A stretch of 64,000 nt of DNA from Azolla caroliniana (taxonomy: Eukaryota; Plantae; Polypodiophyta): assembly GCA_043228905.1 (NCBI GenBank), contig JBHGNT010000015.1, positions 7,502,001 through 7,566,000 of the forward strand, written 5' to 3'. The position numbers and the translations under genes are program-made. The notes beneath the pieces were generated by a model. That model was not told where the DNA came from. It made no database searches and saw only the letters and a list, made by a program, of their open reading frames with translations. This document shows positions 1 to 13,503 of the stretch, one piece after another; within the stretch, counting starts at the first letter, position 1, and each line of letters opens with the position of its first letter.

Positions 1-144
1 GGCATCGATCTTGTCCGGTCTCTTGTCCTCGAACTGAACCGGGAACCAAAGATCTTTAACCACGAGCATGTCCCTCATCTTCGACTTCCACACTGAGTAG
101 TTGGAGCCGGTGAGCTTGAACATGCCTCCTAGCGAATCTTCCAT
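1..144 (-). CDS. gag: Ty1/copia gag N-terminus (element A, runs off the window start)
   Basis: Minus-strand frame from ATG 144 reads MEDSLGGMFKLTGSNYSVWKSKMRDMLVVKDLW, the typical copia gag start (KLxGxNYxxW). It is preceded by a degenerate iMet PBS at 160-171. Confidence 0.8.
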   Translation of the reverse strand, partial: MEDSLGGMFKLTGSNYSVWKSKMRDMLVVKDLWFPVQFEDKRPDKIDA

Positions 145-174
145 TTTCTGTGTCGTTTCGCTTTGATACTAGAT

Positions 175-744
175 TGACAATAATATGCGGAATAATGCTC
201 GGCAACAACCGAGACTTCAATCACTTCTTTAGAATCACAACCATAGAAGAAATGGGCAATGAAGGTAAATGCACATATACATCGACAATATGAGAGAGAG
301 TACACAGTATGTTAACGTGCAAAACCCGGAGAGGGTAAAACCACAGGAGCCCACAGACTCCAAAGTATCACTACGCCAAGGAATACAACAGGGAGCACAG
401 AGACAACAACCTCTTGCTCTCAAGCTTCGCTTGGCGGCGGTTACAGTAGAGACACACTCTCTGTATCGTTCTCTCTCTCTCTCTCTCTATTACGCTCTGT
501 ACACTAGTTACACCAATAACTCTATACAACAAAAGTAACGACAACAACTTATCACACTGTTTGCCCTAGGTCATATTTATACTAATATGAATTTCGGGTT
601 ATTTACAAATATAGCCCTCGTGGGCTCTCTGGAACATATTTACATATATGTCCCTTCCTCCGGTGAGAGGTTCTCACTGGGCCTTCATCATCCGGTTCTC
701 ACCGGGCCTTCATCATCCCATCTGGAGGGACCGAAATCCTAACA
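175..744 (-). repeat. 5' LTR of copia element A, inserted into the 5' LTR of copia element B
   Basis: Minus strand begins TGTTAGG (744) and ends TTGTCA (175), 3 nt from the PBS. The sequence after 744 matches the end of the element B LTR at 7421-7468. Confidence 0.75.
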
Positions 745-792
745 GTTTCTGTGTTCGGTTTTCTATTGTTTCTACACGCTGTTCTTTTCACA

Positions 793-804
793 TGGTATCA
801 GAGC
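793..804 (+). other. Primer binding site (tRNA-iMet)
   Basis: TGGTATCAGAGC immediately after the LTR-terminal CA. Confidence 0.9.
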
Positions 805-3765
805 ACGAGGGTTGAAAACCTTTGCAGTCGACCTTACTCAAAGAAGAAAACCTAACCTTTGTAAAGAACAGGAAAAACAAAATGGATAGGGGCATGGCTA
901 GCTCGCTTCCAACAGAGAAGCTCGACAGAAACAACTACACGTCTTGGTCTTACAAGATGCACCAGTACCTTCTCAGGCACGGTGACGGGAGCTATGTCAA
1001 CGGAGCAAATGACACAACACCTGATTCCACACACAAAGACTTCCCGGGTTGGGAACAGTCAGCGAGCAGATTCCTCTACTGCTTCGTGTCTTTGTGGGCG
1101 AACAACTTCTAAGCTACATTCGAGATGCAAAAACGCCGAAAGATGCTTGGGGAAATCTGGAGAAGATTTTTGCTGCAAGCACTAAAGCTAGGAAGCTTCA
1201 ACTCCGATAGGAGTTGAGAAACTTACGACAACGTGACTTGTCATTGGCTGATTACACCTCAAAGATCAAAGAGATATGCGACTCCTTAGCCTCTATCCAT
1301 GTGAACGTCGAGGAAGGCGAGATGGTGCAGAACTGTCTCGGGCGACTGTCGTCGAGGTTCGGAGTGTTCCGAACTACTGTGTGTACACGGGAGAATACAC
1401 CTTCCTTTTTCGACCTACAATGAATGCTCCTTATAGAGGAGAACCACGTGAGGGTGTCAACGAGCACGCACACTGACAACAAGATGTTGTACACGGAGGG
1501 AGATAGGCCCCGTGGCGGATGAGGCAAGTCAGTGCGCAATGGAGGCGGCCGACGGGACCAAGGAAGAAGGCACCAAAGTGATGTGACAACAATTCTGGAC
1601 CCTCCGGAAACAGGGGGAGTCGAGGCGATGAGAACTGGCAAGGGAAATCCGCCGCAGAATGCTGGTACTGTGGCAAGAAAGGCCACAGGGAGAGCGAGTG
1701 CTGGAAAAAGCACGCCGATTTGGAGAGAACCGGGTCCAGATCAGGTTCCGCATAGACCGACAAAGGAAATCGGCAGCGATAGTAGTACGCCGAAGGATCC
1801 GGAAAAGCCGGAAAAGGATCAGCCTTTGTGACGAGACACGAAGCAAACTCGATGAAGAAGATCACCCCGAAGTCGGACGAGGTGTGGTACGTCGACTCCG
1901 GCGTGTCAAACCACATGACGTGCCACAAGGAGTGGTTCTCATACCTGGAAAAACCGATGCAACCGGGAGTAGTCGCAATCGGAGACAACACTCCGCATTC
2001 GATCGCGAAGGTTGGTGAAGTTCCCCTGAGCCATGTCGGGCAAAAAGGGAAACTGATGAACGTGTTACACGTTCCAACAATCACGAAGAACATTGTGTCG
2101 GTCGGACAGATCATCGACTAGGGGATGCAGGTTCGGTTTACACATCTCGGGTGCTTCATCGAGGAAGAAGGCCGAGTTATTGCGCAAGGGCGTAGAGATG
2201 GGAGGATGTTTATCCTCGACTCTAATGATGGTGGAAACGCAATGTTCGCAAAGGGACAAAAAGTCGAGTCGGATATCGACTTGTGGCACAAGCAGATAGG
2301 CCACGTCAACTATCAAGGACTTCAAGACCTGCAATCGAAACAAGTGGTGTTCGGATTGCCCAAATTTAGTGGCTGGAGGGCACAAATTTGTGAAGCCTGC
2401 CAATTAGGGAAGCAACACCGACTTCCTTTCTCAAACGAGCGTAACTAGAGCCGGAACAAGCTCGATTTGATACATTTCGATGTATGGGGACTGGCACAAA
2501 ACATTAGTCTTGGCGGGAGCCAATATTTTGTCTCCTTCATCGACAACTATACGCGGCACACGTGGATCTACCACATCGAGAAGAAGAGTGAAGTCTTCGA
2601 TTGTTTCCGGGACCTCAAAGGGTTCGTGGAAATGGAAACAGGAAGAAAGATCAAGTGCTTGCGGTCGGATGGCAGGAAAGAGTACTTTTCCGGTCAATTC
2701 AACGGCTATTTGCAATAGATGGGAATACGACGCGAATTCAGGTGTAGATACACATCGCAGCAAAACGGCGTGGCCGAGAGGAAGAACCGGTCAATTGTAG
2801 AAGCGGCACGGGCAATGCTGGAGGAGAAGAGCTTGCCCAAGTTCTACTGGGCCGAAGCTGTTCGGACCGTAGTTTACATCCAGAACCGGATCGGAGAAAA
2901 ATTGTCGGCGCATGAGCTATACTTCGGAACGAAGCCGAATTTGTGACACTTAAGAGTTTTCGGTAGCATTGCGTATATGCATGTACCGAAGGAGAAGTGG
3001 AGGAAGCTTGTTGCGAAAGCCGAGCAGTGTATCTTGGTCGATTATTCGGATAAGCAGAAGGGTCATAAGTGTTATAACCCTCGCACCAAACAAGTGCGCG
3101 TGAGCCGTGACGTTGTGTTTGACAAGTCTACGTCCTGGTACTTGCCTCCAACTCTGGACCTCACCTCCAATCCGAGTTTTGATGATGAGGTCAGCGAGCC
3201 TGAGATGCCTCCGGATGAGCCTGAAATCGGGACTCGTGAAGAGAGTCCAATTTCATTTTAGTTAAGCGGACCGAATGGACGACTGAGTCGGTTCGACCAG
3301 TCCGATGAAGAGCCGGCGAGTAGTGGACACTCGGCTGTGCATTCCCCGCACAGGAAGCCAAGGAGACGGCTTACGCTGTCGTGAAAATCCGTCACTATGT
3401 GCGGATCGCGAGGTAGAACCGCCGGGGTTCTAGACTAGAAGGATTTAGTCCAACACGTACAACACAAGAAAAATTCACATAGAAGACAAGTAGATGAGAG
3501 AAAGCGTTCGTTTATTGCAGAAGAAAATAGATTCAAGAATCTTGTTACTACGGGTTGGAGATAAAAAAAAAAGAGAGATAAAATTTTTAAAGAAAGGAGC
3601 CAACAACCATATAAGGAGTGGTCCAATATGAACATGAGAGATAATTTGTTTTGGAATCCTAGAGAGAAGAAGAAGGAAGGAGAAAAAGAAAAGTAGAGGG
3701 AAAAAATGGAACATATATCGAGCTCTTTGTTGATCCCCCTTCCCAATGTTACTTTGCATGCCCAC

Positions 3766-3862
3766 TTTTAGTTGCATGGCCTCTACTTTTAGTTGCACGC
3801 TTCCATTTTTAGTTGCATGCCTTTTACTTTTAGTTGCATGGCCTTGACTTTTAGTTGCATGC
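3766..3862. repeat. 21-bp minisatellite (TTTTAGTTGCATG core, ~5 copies)
   Basis: Directly visible tandem units. Confidence 0.8.
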
Positions 3863-3880
3863 GACCGTTTGTGTAATTCG

Positions 3881-4697
3881 ACCAAATGACCCAATCATCC
3901 ATCAATTTTAGCCCATGCGTCGCAACCAAACTGTAGATGCATCCACGCACGTGCGCGTCCCGACTGCGCCGTGTACGCATCCGTGCGCCCGTCCGCACAC
4001 ACGCGTCTGTCCGAAACGTCCACGCGGCCGTGCACGCGTAATGCCCGAAACTTGCACACGGGTGTACATCTGAAAACATGCACACGCGCGTACGTCCGAA
4101 AACATCCACGCGGCCGTGCATACACGCATACGCTTCGGCCAAATGACCCAATCATCCATCAATTTTAGCCCATGCGTCGCAACCAAACCGTAGACGCATC
4201 CACGCACGTGCGCGTCCCGACTGCGTCGTGTACGCATCCGCGCGCCCGTCCGCACACACGCATCTGTCCGAAACGTCCACGCGGCCGTGCACGCGTAATG
4301 CCCGAAACTTGCACACAGGTGTACATCTGAAAACATGCACACGCGCGTACGTCCGAAAACGTCCACGCGGCCGTGCATACACGCATACGCTTCGGCCAAA
4401 TGACCCAATCATCCATCAATTTTAGCCCATGCGTCGCAACCAAACCGTAGACGCATCCACGCACGTGCGCGTCCCGACTGCGCCGTGTACGCATCCGCGC
4501 GCCCGTCCGCACACACGAGTCTGTCCGAAACGTCCACACGGCCGTGCACGCGTAATGCCCGAAACTTGCACACGGGTGTACATCTGAAAACATGCACACG
4601 CGCGTACGTCCGAAAACATCCACGCGGTCGTGCATACACGCATACGCCCGAAGCATCCACATAGCCGTGCATACGCGCGTATGCCCAAGCGTCCACA
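3881..4697. repeat. 257-bp CpG-rich tandem repeat (~3 copies) inside the solo LTR
   Basis: Unit start CCAAATGACCCAATCATCC recurs at ~3882, 4139 and 4396. Confidence 0.9.
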
Positions 4698-7600
4698 CTA
4701 CACAGTGTAGCCCAAGTCAACTTGAACATTCTATGCTCCACACATTGATAGAATGAATATGTTTTGGTTTCCCTTATATATCTTGGGTTCCAATGTTGTC
4801 TTATCTATGTGGGATATCTCACAGTTTTGTCTTTTTGTTTTTTTTTCTTCAAACTCCACACTCACATAACTTGATACTTGTTTATCTGTTTCATGCGTAG
4901 TAAAATACCTTGTGAAGCTCTTGAAGACATCTATCTTTCCATATGAATACATTAAGCTAATCTAAAATAATTGTTTTACTAGTTTTCATATCATGTGTGA
5001 AAAACCACACGACAACGTGCAAGGAAAAAGGGAAGAAGAAGGTGTTGGATTACGACACGAATAGGAACGAGTCGGATCGACACGAGTCTGACTCCAAGGG
5101 AAGTGATGACGGGTCTTTGAGGGCGAAGTCCATGTCGGCTAAGAAAGCCTCAACATTAGCTAATGAACAATTACGCCGATCTATCCGCCAGAAGAACCCT
5201 GTTATGCGGTTCGGATACAATGAGTACATGGCGCATCACTATGCGTACATAACCCGTGTAGCAGAAGTGCGTGAGCCAGAGACCTATGCCAAAGCGGCGA
5301 AGGACGCGAATTGGCGCGCCACAATGGAGGAAGAGATGCGTGCATTGGCTGAAAATGAAACCTGGGACCTCGTTGACGCACCAAAAGGTGTGAAGCCGAT
5401 CGGATGTAGGTGGGTGTACAAGGTCAAGTACAACACTGATGGCTTGGTCAACCGATACAAGGCACGGTTAGTAGCAAAAGGTTACGCGCAAGAACACGAC
5501 ATCGACTACGATGAGACGTTTGCACCGGTTGCGAAGATGACGACCATCCATGTTTTGCTCGCGGTAGTTGCGGCAAAGGGGTGGCACTTACATCAGATGG
5601 ATGTAAAGAATGTGTTCCTGCAAGGTGAGCTGGAGGAACAGGTGTACATGGTACAACCCCCCGGATTTCACTCCGGGACGAACAATTCGGCGGTGTGCCG
5701 ATTGAAGAAGTCCCTTTATGGACTAAAGCAAGCCCCGCATGCCTGGAATGCGAAGATCATGCAGCAACTGTGTCGGATGGGCTTTGTGACGTCGAAATCA
5801 GACTCCTCACTGTTCATCTTGAAAGGTCGACTCGGGCCGGTTAGTATTTTACTTTATGTTGATGACTGGGTCATCACCGGCGCCGACCTAAGTGAAATCG
5901 ACCGCGTGAAGCTCCAGCTTGCGGCATCATTCGACATGAAGGGTTTGGGTGACCTTCGTTACTTCCTCGGGATCGAAGTGATCCGCAGCCCCGAAGGCAT
6001 ATTGATTAGCTAACGACATTATGTGCTGAGTATGCTCTTCAAATTCGGGATGGCCGATTGTAAGTCCGTCTTGACTCCTCTGGACAGAACCGTAAAGCTT
6101 CGCCTAGATTCGGGAAAGGTATGCGACCCGATGAGGTTCCGACAGATAGTCAGCACCTTATATACTTGACCATCACTTGACCAGATCTCAGGTACCCGGT
6201 CAGGGTGCTTAGTCAGTTCATGGCACGCCCTACCGAGGAGCATCTTCAATGTGTGCAACGTGTACTGCGGTATGTAAGCGGCACTAAGGACCAGGGGCTA
6301 CTATATCGGACCGGTACAACCCCGTAGTTGGTCGGCTACACCGATTCCGATTGGGCCGGCAACGTCGCCGATTGTTGATCCACGTCCGGTTTCATGTTCT
6401 CTCTTGGGAGTGCCGCGATCGCATGGAGTAGCAAGAAGCAGCCGATAGTTGGGTTGTCGAGCACCGAAGCCGAGTATAGAGGAGCGGTTGTCGCGACATG
6501 CGAAGCCATATGGTTGAAGCCATATAGATCTGCAGGTAGAGGTATCCGATTCAACGACAATCTACTGCGATAACCTTAGAGGCATCCAGCTAGTAAAGAA
6601 CCTCGTCTTCCACGCCCAGACTAAGCACATTGAGGTGCACTACCATTTCGTCCGTGAGCGTGTCCTCTTCGGTGAAGTTGAACTTCAGTATGTTCCGACG
6701 GATTGGCAGACCGCCAACATCTTCACCAAGCCTCTTGGTTTGGACAACTTGCGGCAATTCTCGGGTGCACTTGGTTGCGTCACCTCGACGTGTCGGACTT
6801 GAGGGGGAGAGACCACGGAAGGGGGAAAGAAGTTTCGGAAGACCGCAAAGCCGAGTCGGATGACGAATTCGATTTCAGATCGGCTGAAGAAGCCGAGGGC
6901 GGATCCGCAGAATATTCTGAAAGCGGACATAAGGGGAGCAATCAAAAGAAAGAGCTGAAGCCAACGTGGGGGAGATGAAGACATCAAGGGTGGGAATACC
7001 GAAGATGAGTTGGAGACAACCAACTCAGACGAGAGCGAAAACCGATCGGAGGAAGCCGAGTCGGTTCGGATGTTTGATTCGGATCTGAATCAACCAAGGG
7101 CCAAACAGAAGAGAAGGAAGCAAAAGAGGCGCCAACACCGCAATAGCAAGGAAGCTGAGAAAGGCCGTGTGAGAAGACAAGACGACTGGAAGGGTCGAGT
7201 AGGAATATATTTTGGGAGTTAGTGTAGAGCTCACTTATGAGCATTGAAGTACGTCTCAGTACTTCTGCCAATCCGTATGGACTTGTATAAAAGTGCTCAC
7301 TGAGCACATCCTATGTACAGACTGAGTATTATTTTTTAATTGAGTTTGTGTGCATTCTCTCTCTCTCTCTCTCTCTCTCTCCTGCGTACTGTGTATATTC
7401 AAGCTGTCCATTAAACCTGCGTTTTTGTGTTTTGTTTTCTATTGCTTCCGCACGCTATTCTTTTCACAAAAGCTTGTTTTGGAGATACTGATAGCATAAG
7501 GACGACAATCAACAAAATCCAACGATTACGTCAAGGTGATCGTCCAGGCTCCGCATACGTTGCAAATTTCCATCTACACGCCTCCGATATCCCATAGGAT

Positions 7601-8528
7601 GATCAACCATCAATGGAACAATTTCGATACGGCCTACGAAATGATGTCAAAGACTTACTTCTCACTTTCCCGGAAGAGCCAAAATCGCTCACATAGGCAA
7701 TCAGTGGAGCGGAAGATGCGATAATCGGCTTTTCGAGCTACGTTCGGAACGCCAATTACAAAAGCCAAGGACCAGGTCGGAGAACACATACGCCTCGGTC
7801 GCAACAAAACCATATGCAAGGGAGTAATACAATGCATCTCCGGCAAATACTCCAACACCGATGGAAATTGATTATGTCTCTATTGCGAAGGGCCAGGCCA
7901 TATTGTAGTAAATTGTCCACATAGGCCAAGAAGACAGGTAAATCAAGTAGTAGCTTGTGCGAAACCCGAGTTTATTTCATTAGAAAATTTTGATAGTTCT
8001 AATAGTACTAATAGCCCAAATCTACGAAACAAATTTGAAGTCCTTAGTCAATTAGAAGAGTTAAACGACCAAGTCCAACCAAAATAGGAGTTGTTTGGTT
8101 GGACAATCCTGGATCTGTGCAACTCATTAGTGGTTGCATTCCCTCTAAGCTAGTTAGCAATGTGTTCTTAGCTCAAGTAATGGTTAGTACTAAAAGTACT
8201 CCTCTAGTACATATCTTAGCACTCTTAGATTCCGGAGCCAACTCTTGCTTCATGGATAGGAATTTTTCCTAAGTTCATCAGATATCCCTAAGAAAACATT
8301 CCTGCCCTGCATCTATAGTAGTTATTGATGGTCGTCTCATTGCTTCCGGAAATATCGTAGAAGAGTCAGAGCCGATTCAAGTTGTCCTAGATAATTTGGT
8401 GTGTATAGTATCATTTAATATAATTAGTAGTCCTGATCATCCCATTGTCTTGGGGTTACCGTTGTTTGAATTACATAACCCAGACATAGATTGGAGAAAA
8501 AGAGAAATCCGGTATCGACAAACCCAAG

Positions 8529-8993
8529 TATTAGAGATTAGGTACTAAAGTAAGCATAAAATAAGGATATATCAATGATAGATCTAGAAAGAATAGAGAG
8601 AAAAGAGAGAAAGAAGGGTGCCGATCCACCCGACCACCCCCGAGCGAAGGGATCGAGACGGACTCGAGCCTCGAACGGCGTCCCATACCACCGCCTTGGC
8701 GTCGAGTCGTACCTGGACGATAGCGCGCTTGCTACAAGAGTCGTTCCACTCACGGACAGAGTCTCGACGTAGTCAATGCATGCCCAAATGAGGGTAGCTA
8801 GGCCTCTTATTTATAGTAATTCTCAAGGCCCCCAGCCATGTTCACACTTGGCCTCATGGGTTGTCTCAATCCCGAGGATTAAAAGTAATCCTCCCCTTCT
8901 TTAGACTCTTTGTTTAACCCTCACACTTATCCACGTGTATAGAATACTACGACAATTCTCACCACGGGATATTATATGGTCATGCCCGTAACA
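8529..8993 (-). repeat. 3' LTR
   Basis: Near-identical to 15113-15577 and adjacent to the PPT. Confidence 0.95.
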
Positions 8994-11900
8994 TACTCCC
9001 CCTCTTTAAAACATTGCACTCTTGCAATGGAAAGTTAGGGAAGTTAGTTGTTAGAGTCGTTTCGCGTTCCCATGTGGCATCTTTGATTGATTTATCCATC
9101 CATTTTATTTTAAATTCTCGGATTTCCTTAGAACGTAATTTTTTTGTTTTAACATCGAGAATTCTTTCTGGTACATGTGGTTTAGAAGATAAATCTTCAG
9201 AAGTAACCAGAGTTTCAGTTGTAACTGTATTGTCGCCAGAACCTAGAAGTTCTTTTAGACGACTTACATGAAAGACTGGATGGATGCCAACACCATCGGG
9301 AAGAGCGAGACGATAGGCTGATGATCCAATGCGTTTGAGGACTGTAAAAGGTCCACAAAACCGTGGGGCTAACTTAGCGCACTTACCCGTAGACAATGTC
9401 TTAGAATTGTGAGGTACACGTAAAAATACCTTCTGTCCAGGGCTGAATACACGAGGTTGCCTGTGATGATCGGCATAAAAACGCGCTCTATCTTGAGCTG
9501 TTTTTATATTATCCCGTGCAATATGCAACATATCTTGCATATCCCGAAGAAAGTTTTGCGTACTTCGCAACTCATCATGATGTATATTAACATCAATCGG
9601 GGCTCGTGGCTGAAATCCATACATCAACATAAAAGGACTATATCCCGTCGACGTATGCTTGGAGCTGTTATAAGCAAACTCCAAAATTGGGAGGTAACGT
9701 TCCCATTTTGTTGGTTTTGCACCAACGTATGCTCGAAGCATGTCCTCAATAATTTGATTTACTCGTTCTGTCTGTCCATCGGATTGAGGATGATCCGTGG
9801 AGCTCATGCTCAACGTGGTTTCTAACTTCTTAAAGACTTGCATCCAGAAGTCACTAGTAAACTTCGGATCTCGGTCACTCACGATATCCATCGGTAACCC
9901 GTAAAAACGAAATAACTCATCAACGAATTGGTAAGCCAATTCAGGAGCTGTTACCGTGGTTTTAGTAGCAATAAATCTGGCCATTTTAGTTAGTCTGTCA
10001 ACCACAACCCATATGGCATCATGACCTTTTTGGGTGCGAGGAAGGCTAACAATAAAATCCATGGATATACTTTCCCACTTATTATTGGGAATGTCCAAGG
10101 GATGTAAAAGTCCTGCGGCTTTAAGTCGCTCGGCTTTGTTAACCTGACATTGGTGACATTTAGTCACATAGCTATGTATGTCAGGACGCATCTTAGGCCA
10201 ATAAAATTGAGTGGAGATGAGAACGAGTGTACGATGTATTCCAGGGTGCCCTGCTGAGGGTGCATCATGGCATTCAAAAAGAATTCTCTTTTTGACCTCA
10301 GGCAAATCTGGAACACAAACCTTCCCATTACGGTAGAGCAGACCGTTAGCAATGTGGAAGTATTCCTTCGAGGGTGTGGTGGTGTCTGTTCCAGACTCGA
10401 CTCTTGCCCAGTATTTTGCAAAATAATTGTCATCAGGATACTTTCCTCGAAGGTGATCATAAAGATCTGATGTTATTTCAGTGAAGCTAAGCATGTTAAC
10501 TTCACGGATGCGACTTAGTGCATCAGCGACAGTATTCATGGAACCTTTACGATAGCGTATGGAAAAATCAAAGTCCTGGATGAGATCAGCCCATCGTGCC
10601 TTACGACCTTTCAGGTCTTGTTGGTCACAAAAATATTTCAAGGACTCGTGGTCCGTAGTTACCACAAAGCGATTTCCATAAAGATAATGGCGCCATGTTT
10701 TGAGCGCATGTATAACCGCAAATAATTCCTTTTCTTGAACGGTATATCGACATTGAGCAGAATCAAGTTTCTTACTCTCGAATGCTATTGGTTTACCATC
10801 TTGATACAAGACAGCACCTATAGCATAATCGCTTGCGTCGGTTTCAACCTCAAAAGGTTTGGAAGGATCGGGTAAAAGAAGTGAAGGAGCCTTGTATACC
10901 AAGTCCTTGAGTTCCTTAAAGGCGAGGTCTAGTGTAGCATTCCACACAATAGGTTTTGTAGACTTACGCGTTTGACCTTTTAGAAGATCAGTAAACGGCG
11001 TCGTCAATTGTGAGTAATTACGAAGAGATTTTCGCAAAAATCCGACAAAACCAAGGAATGATCGAACTTCTCGAATATTCCGAAGAGTGGGCCAAAGCTT
11101 GATTTTCTCGATGCGAGAAGGATCAATTTCAACTCCTCGTTCGGTTATGAGATGTCCAAGATAAGTAATTGATTTCTTGAAGAACTCACATTTTGAGATC
11201 TTCGCGTAAAATTGTTTGTCACGCAATATTTGTAAAACAAAGCGGACATGTCTAGCATGTTCTTGTAATGTACGGCTATAAACTAAAATATCATCTAAGA
11301 AGATAACGACAAATTTTCCAAGTTGTTCTCGGAAAATGTCATTCATTTCTTGTTGAAATGTAGCCGGAGCATTGGTTAAACCAAAAGGCATAACCAAAAA
11401 CTCATAATGGCCGTAGCGCGTACGAAATGCTGTTTTAGGAACATCGTCCTCACTTATTCGTATTTGATGGTAGCCAGTACGGAGATCAAGTTTCGTAAAA
11501 TACCGAGCTCCCTGGAGACGGTCAATTAGATCGTCAGCCCGGGGCAATGGGTACGAATTCTTGATCGTCACTTTATTCAAGCGTCTGTAATTAATACACA
11601 TACGCCATGTGCCCTCTTTCTTTTTAACCAAGAGAACTGGTGCACCCCATGGAGATTTACTATAACGTATATAACCCATTCGTAAATAGTCCTTAAGTTG
11701 CTTAGCTACCTCATCCTCTTCAGATCGACTTAGGCGATACGGAGGTATACTAATGGGTTCAATGCCAGGTACAATATCTATACGATGGTCTATATTACGT
11801 TTAGGAGGTAAACCATCGGGTAGTTCACTCGGAAAAACATCACGAAAATCGTTTACGATTTCATCAAGTTGTTTTTGTTCAAAATATGTTAATTGACCCG

Positions 11901-13503
11901 AGACATTATCGATATTGTAAACGTGAATGTCCGGATCAAGTACACAATAAAATAACGTAGAACAAGACAACTCGGATATTGATGGACACGAGGAAACAAT
12001 CGAGAGGGATTGTTTTGTTACACATTGAATAAAATGCGTACAATCGTTGAGTACAAAAGAAATGGAATGGCGAACCCAATCAATAAATAAAGAAGAGCTT
12101 TTATTATAAAACTAGGGATAACCGAGTATTACATCGGTGGTACTAAGATTCATTACATGGAAGTCTACTTCCTCTATATAGGTATCAATAGAAATTCCTA
12201 AAGAATGAATCGCCCCGTTGATGTGTTGTACTCTTCCATCAGCCAAGTGCACCGTGTAGGTATGATCACTTACGGTGGGTTGGATTCCCCATATCTGTAC
12301 CAAACGATCATTCACAAAATTGTGTGAGCTTCCCGAATCAAATAAAAATTGTACGGGAGATCCATTGATATACCCGTTTGCACGTAGTAAATCATTGGGA
12401 CCCAATACATAATGAGGGAAAGAACATTGACAATTACTCAAATGATGTGTATAGACCTGAAGGACATTAGGAATCTGACCTTTATGGTCTGTAGCTTTAG
12501 GTTTGGCGTCGTGCTCTTTTCGTTGGAGCTTACGACATTGCTCTTTTGTATGACCCTTCTTTTTGCAGAATACGCAAAAAGGATGTTGTCGCTTATAATC
12601 GCGATCCATGAATTCGTTGGGTGTCTTGCGTTTCCCAACGAATTGCGACTGCTTAGTCCCGGGCGCTTCGTTGGGTTTGTTATGGTCCTTCTTCGAAGTG
12701 CGTTGATAGCGAAGAACTATCTCAACGGCCTCTTCGAAGGATTTTGGATCCTTATCGTGCACTATCCAGTGATAGTCCGAATTGGGGATGCCATTGACAA
12801 AACAAGCTATTAACCAATTGTCCCCTTCTAGACCCGATTTTTGGATTTGGGTTCTAGCATGGTGGACATAGTCTTCTAGCGAGGAAAACTTCCTGCTAGA
12901 GAGGTTCATTAAAGCTTGTGCTGCCTCGGTTCGAGAGGGAGGTTGTAGAAATTGACCCTTGAAAACTGTGACAAAGTCTGTCCAGGTCTCGGGCAATCTC
13001 CCCAAAGTTCGGAGCCCACGCCACCAAGCGGCGGCCTTACCCCCTAGTTCTCGGCCGACATATGCAATCTTCGTACTATCTGGCGTGGGATAGAGCTCAA
13101 AATGAGACTCCCATCGGCCCAGCCACGTGCAGATTGCTTCTTCGGTTCTTTCCTTTTTATCTCCCGTAAATGGCTTTACGACAAATGATGGTTCACCCTG
13201 ACGCTCATCAGGTCTATTAATCTCATTTTGGAGACTAATGACTCGTGCCTCGAGAGCACTTTGAGATTGCCGAAATTCGGTCAACTGCTGCGCGGTTGAA
13301 CTAAGGAAATGTTGTACTTGTAAAATATACGCCTCAATGGACATTGTCCCAGGAGGATTTCCTTGAGTTCTTTCCGCTTGAGCGGAGGGCATCGGGTCGT
13401 TATTCTGAGCCATTGAATGATTATTTCTGGCAAAGAAATAAGATAAGGTCAGACAAATAGTCATAACATCTTGTCGTGGTGTAAACATATCATGGGCAAA
13501 CAT
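8980..13503 (-). CDS. gypsy gag-pol polyprotein (gag, CCHC knuckle, protease, RT, RNase H, integrase, chromodomain) with one premature stop
   Basis: ORFs 12112-13503 and 8980-11970 are in the same frame, separated only by TAG at 12112-12114 (ILGYP*, normally W). Motifs: [68 protein letters not shown]. Confidence 0.93.

Larger units (their letters stand above)
3377..5014 (-). mobile_element. Solo LTR (gypsy-type family with tRNA-Trp primer site), 4-bp TSD
   Basis: Termini are TGTCGTG...CACGACA. Flanks are ACGC/ACGT, and the host frame (LTRKEK) is restored on removal. Both ends are reverse complements of the LTR at 54320-55305. Confidence 0.85.
882..7222 (+). pseudogene. copia gag-pol pseudogene with a charged C-terminal extension, interrupted by a solo LTR at 3377-5014
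   Basis: ORF fragments 822-3261 and 4997-7222 join into gag-PR-INT-RT-RH with in-frame stops. Confidence 0.9.
745..7468 (+). mobile_element. Decayed Ty1/copia LTR retrotransposon (element B)
   Basis: LTR end TTTTCACA is followed by PBS TGGTATCAGAGC (793-804). Gag (EKLDRNNY; CWYC..GH..C knuckle), protease (WYVDSG), integrase (LWHK..GH..C..C; QQNGVAERKN), RT (YKARLVAKG, LLYVDD) and RNase H follow in copia order. The 5'-truncated 3' LTR spans ~7199-7468. There are many stops and frameshifts. Confidence 0.95.

Noticed and set aside
3475-4741. Many overlapping Arg/Cys/Val-rich ORFs
   Set aside because: They are artefacts of the stop-poor 257-bp tandem repeat inside an LTR.
8538-8772. Duplicated short ORFs (also at 15122-15356)
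   Set aside because: They lie within the two LTRs and have no protein features.
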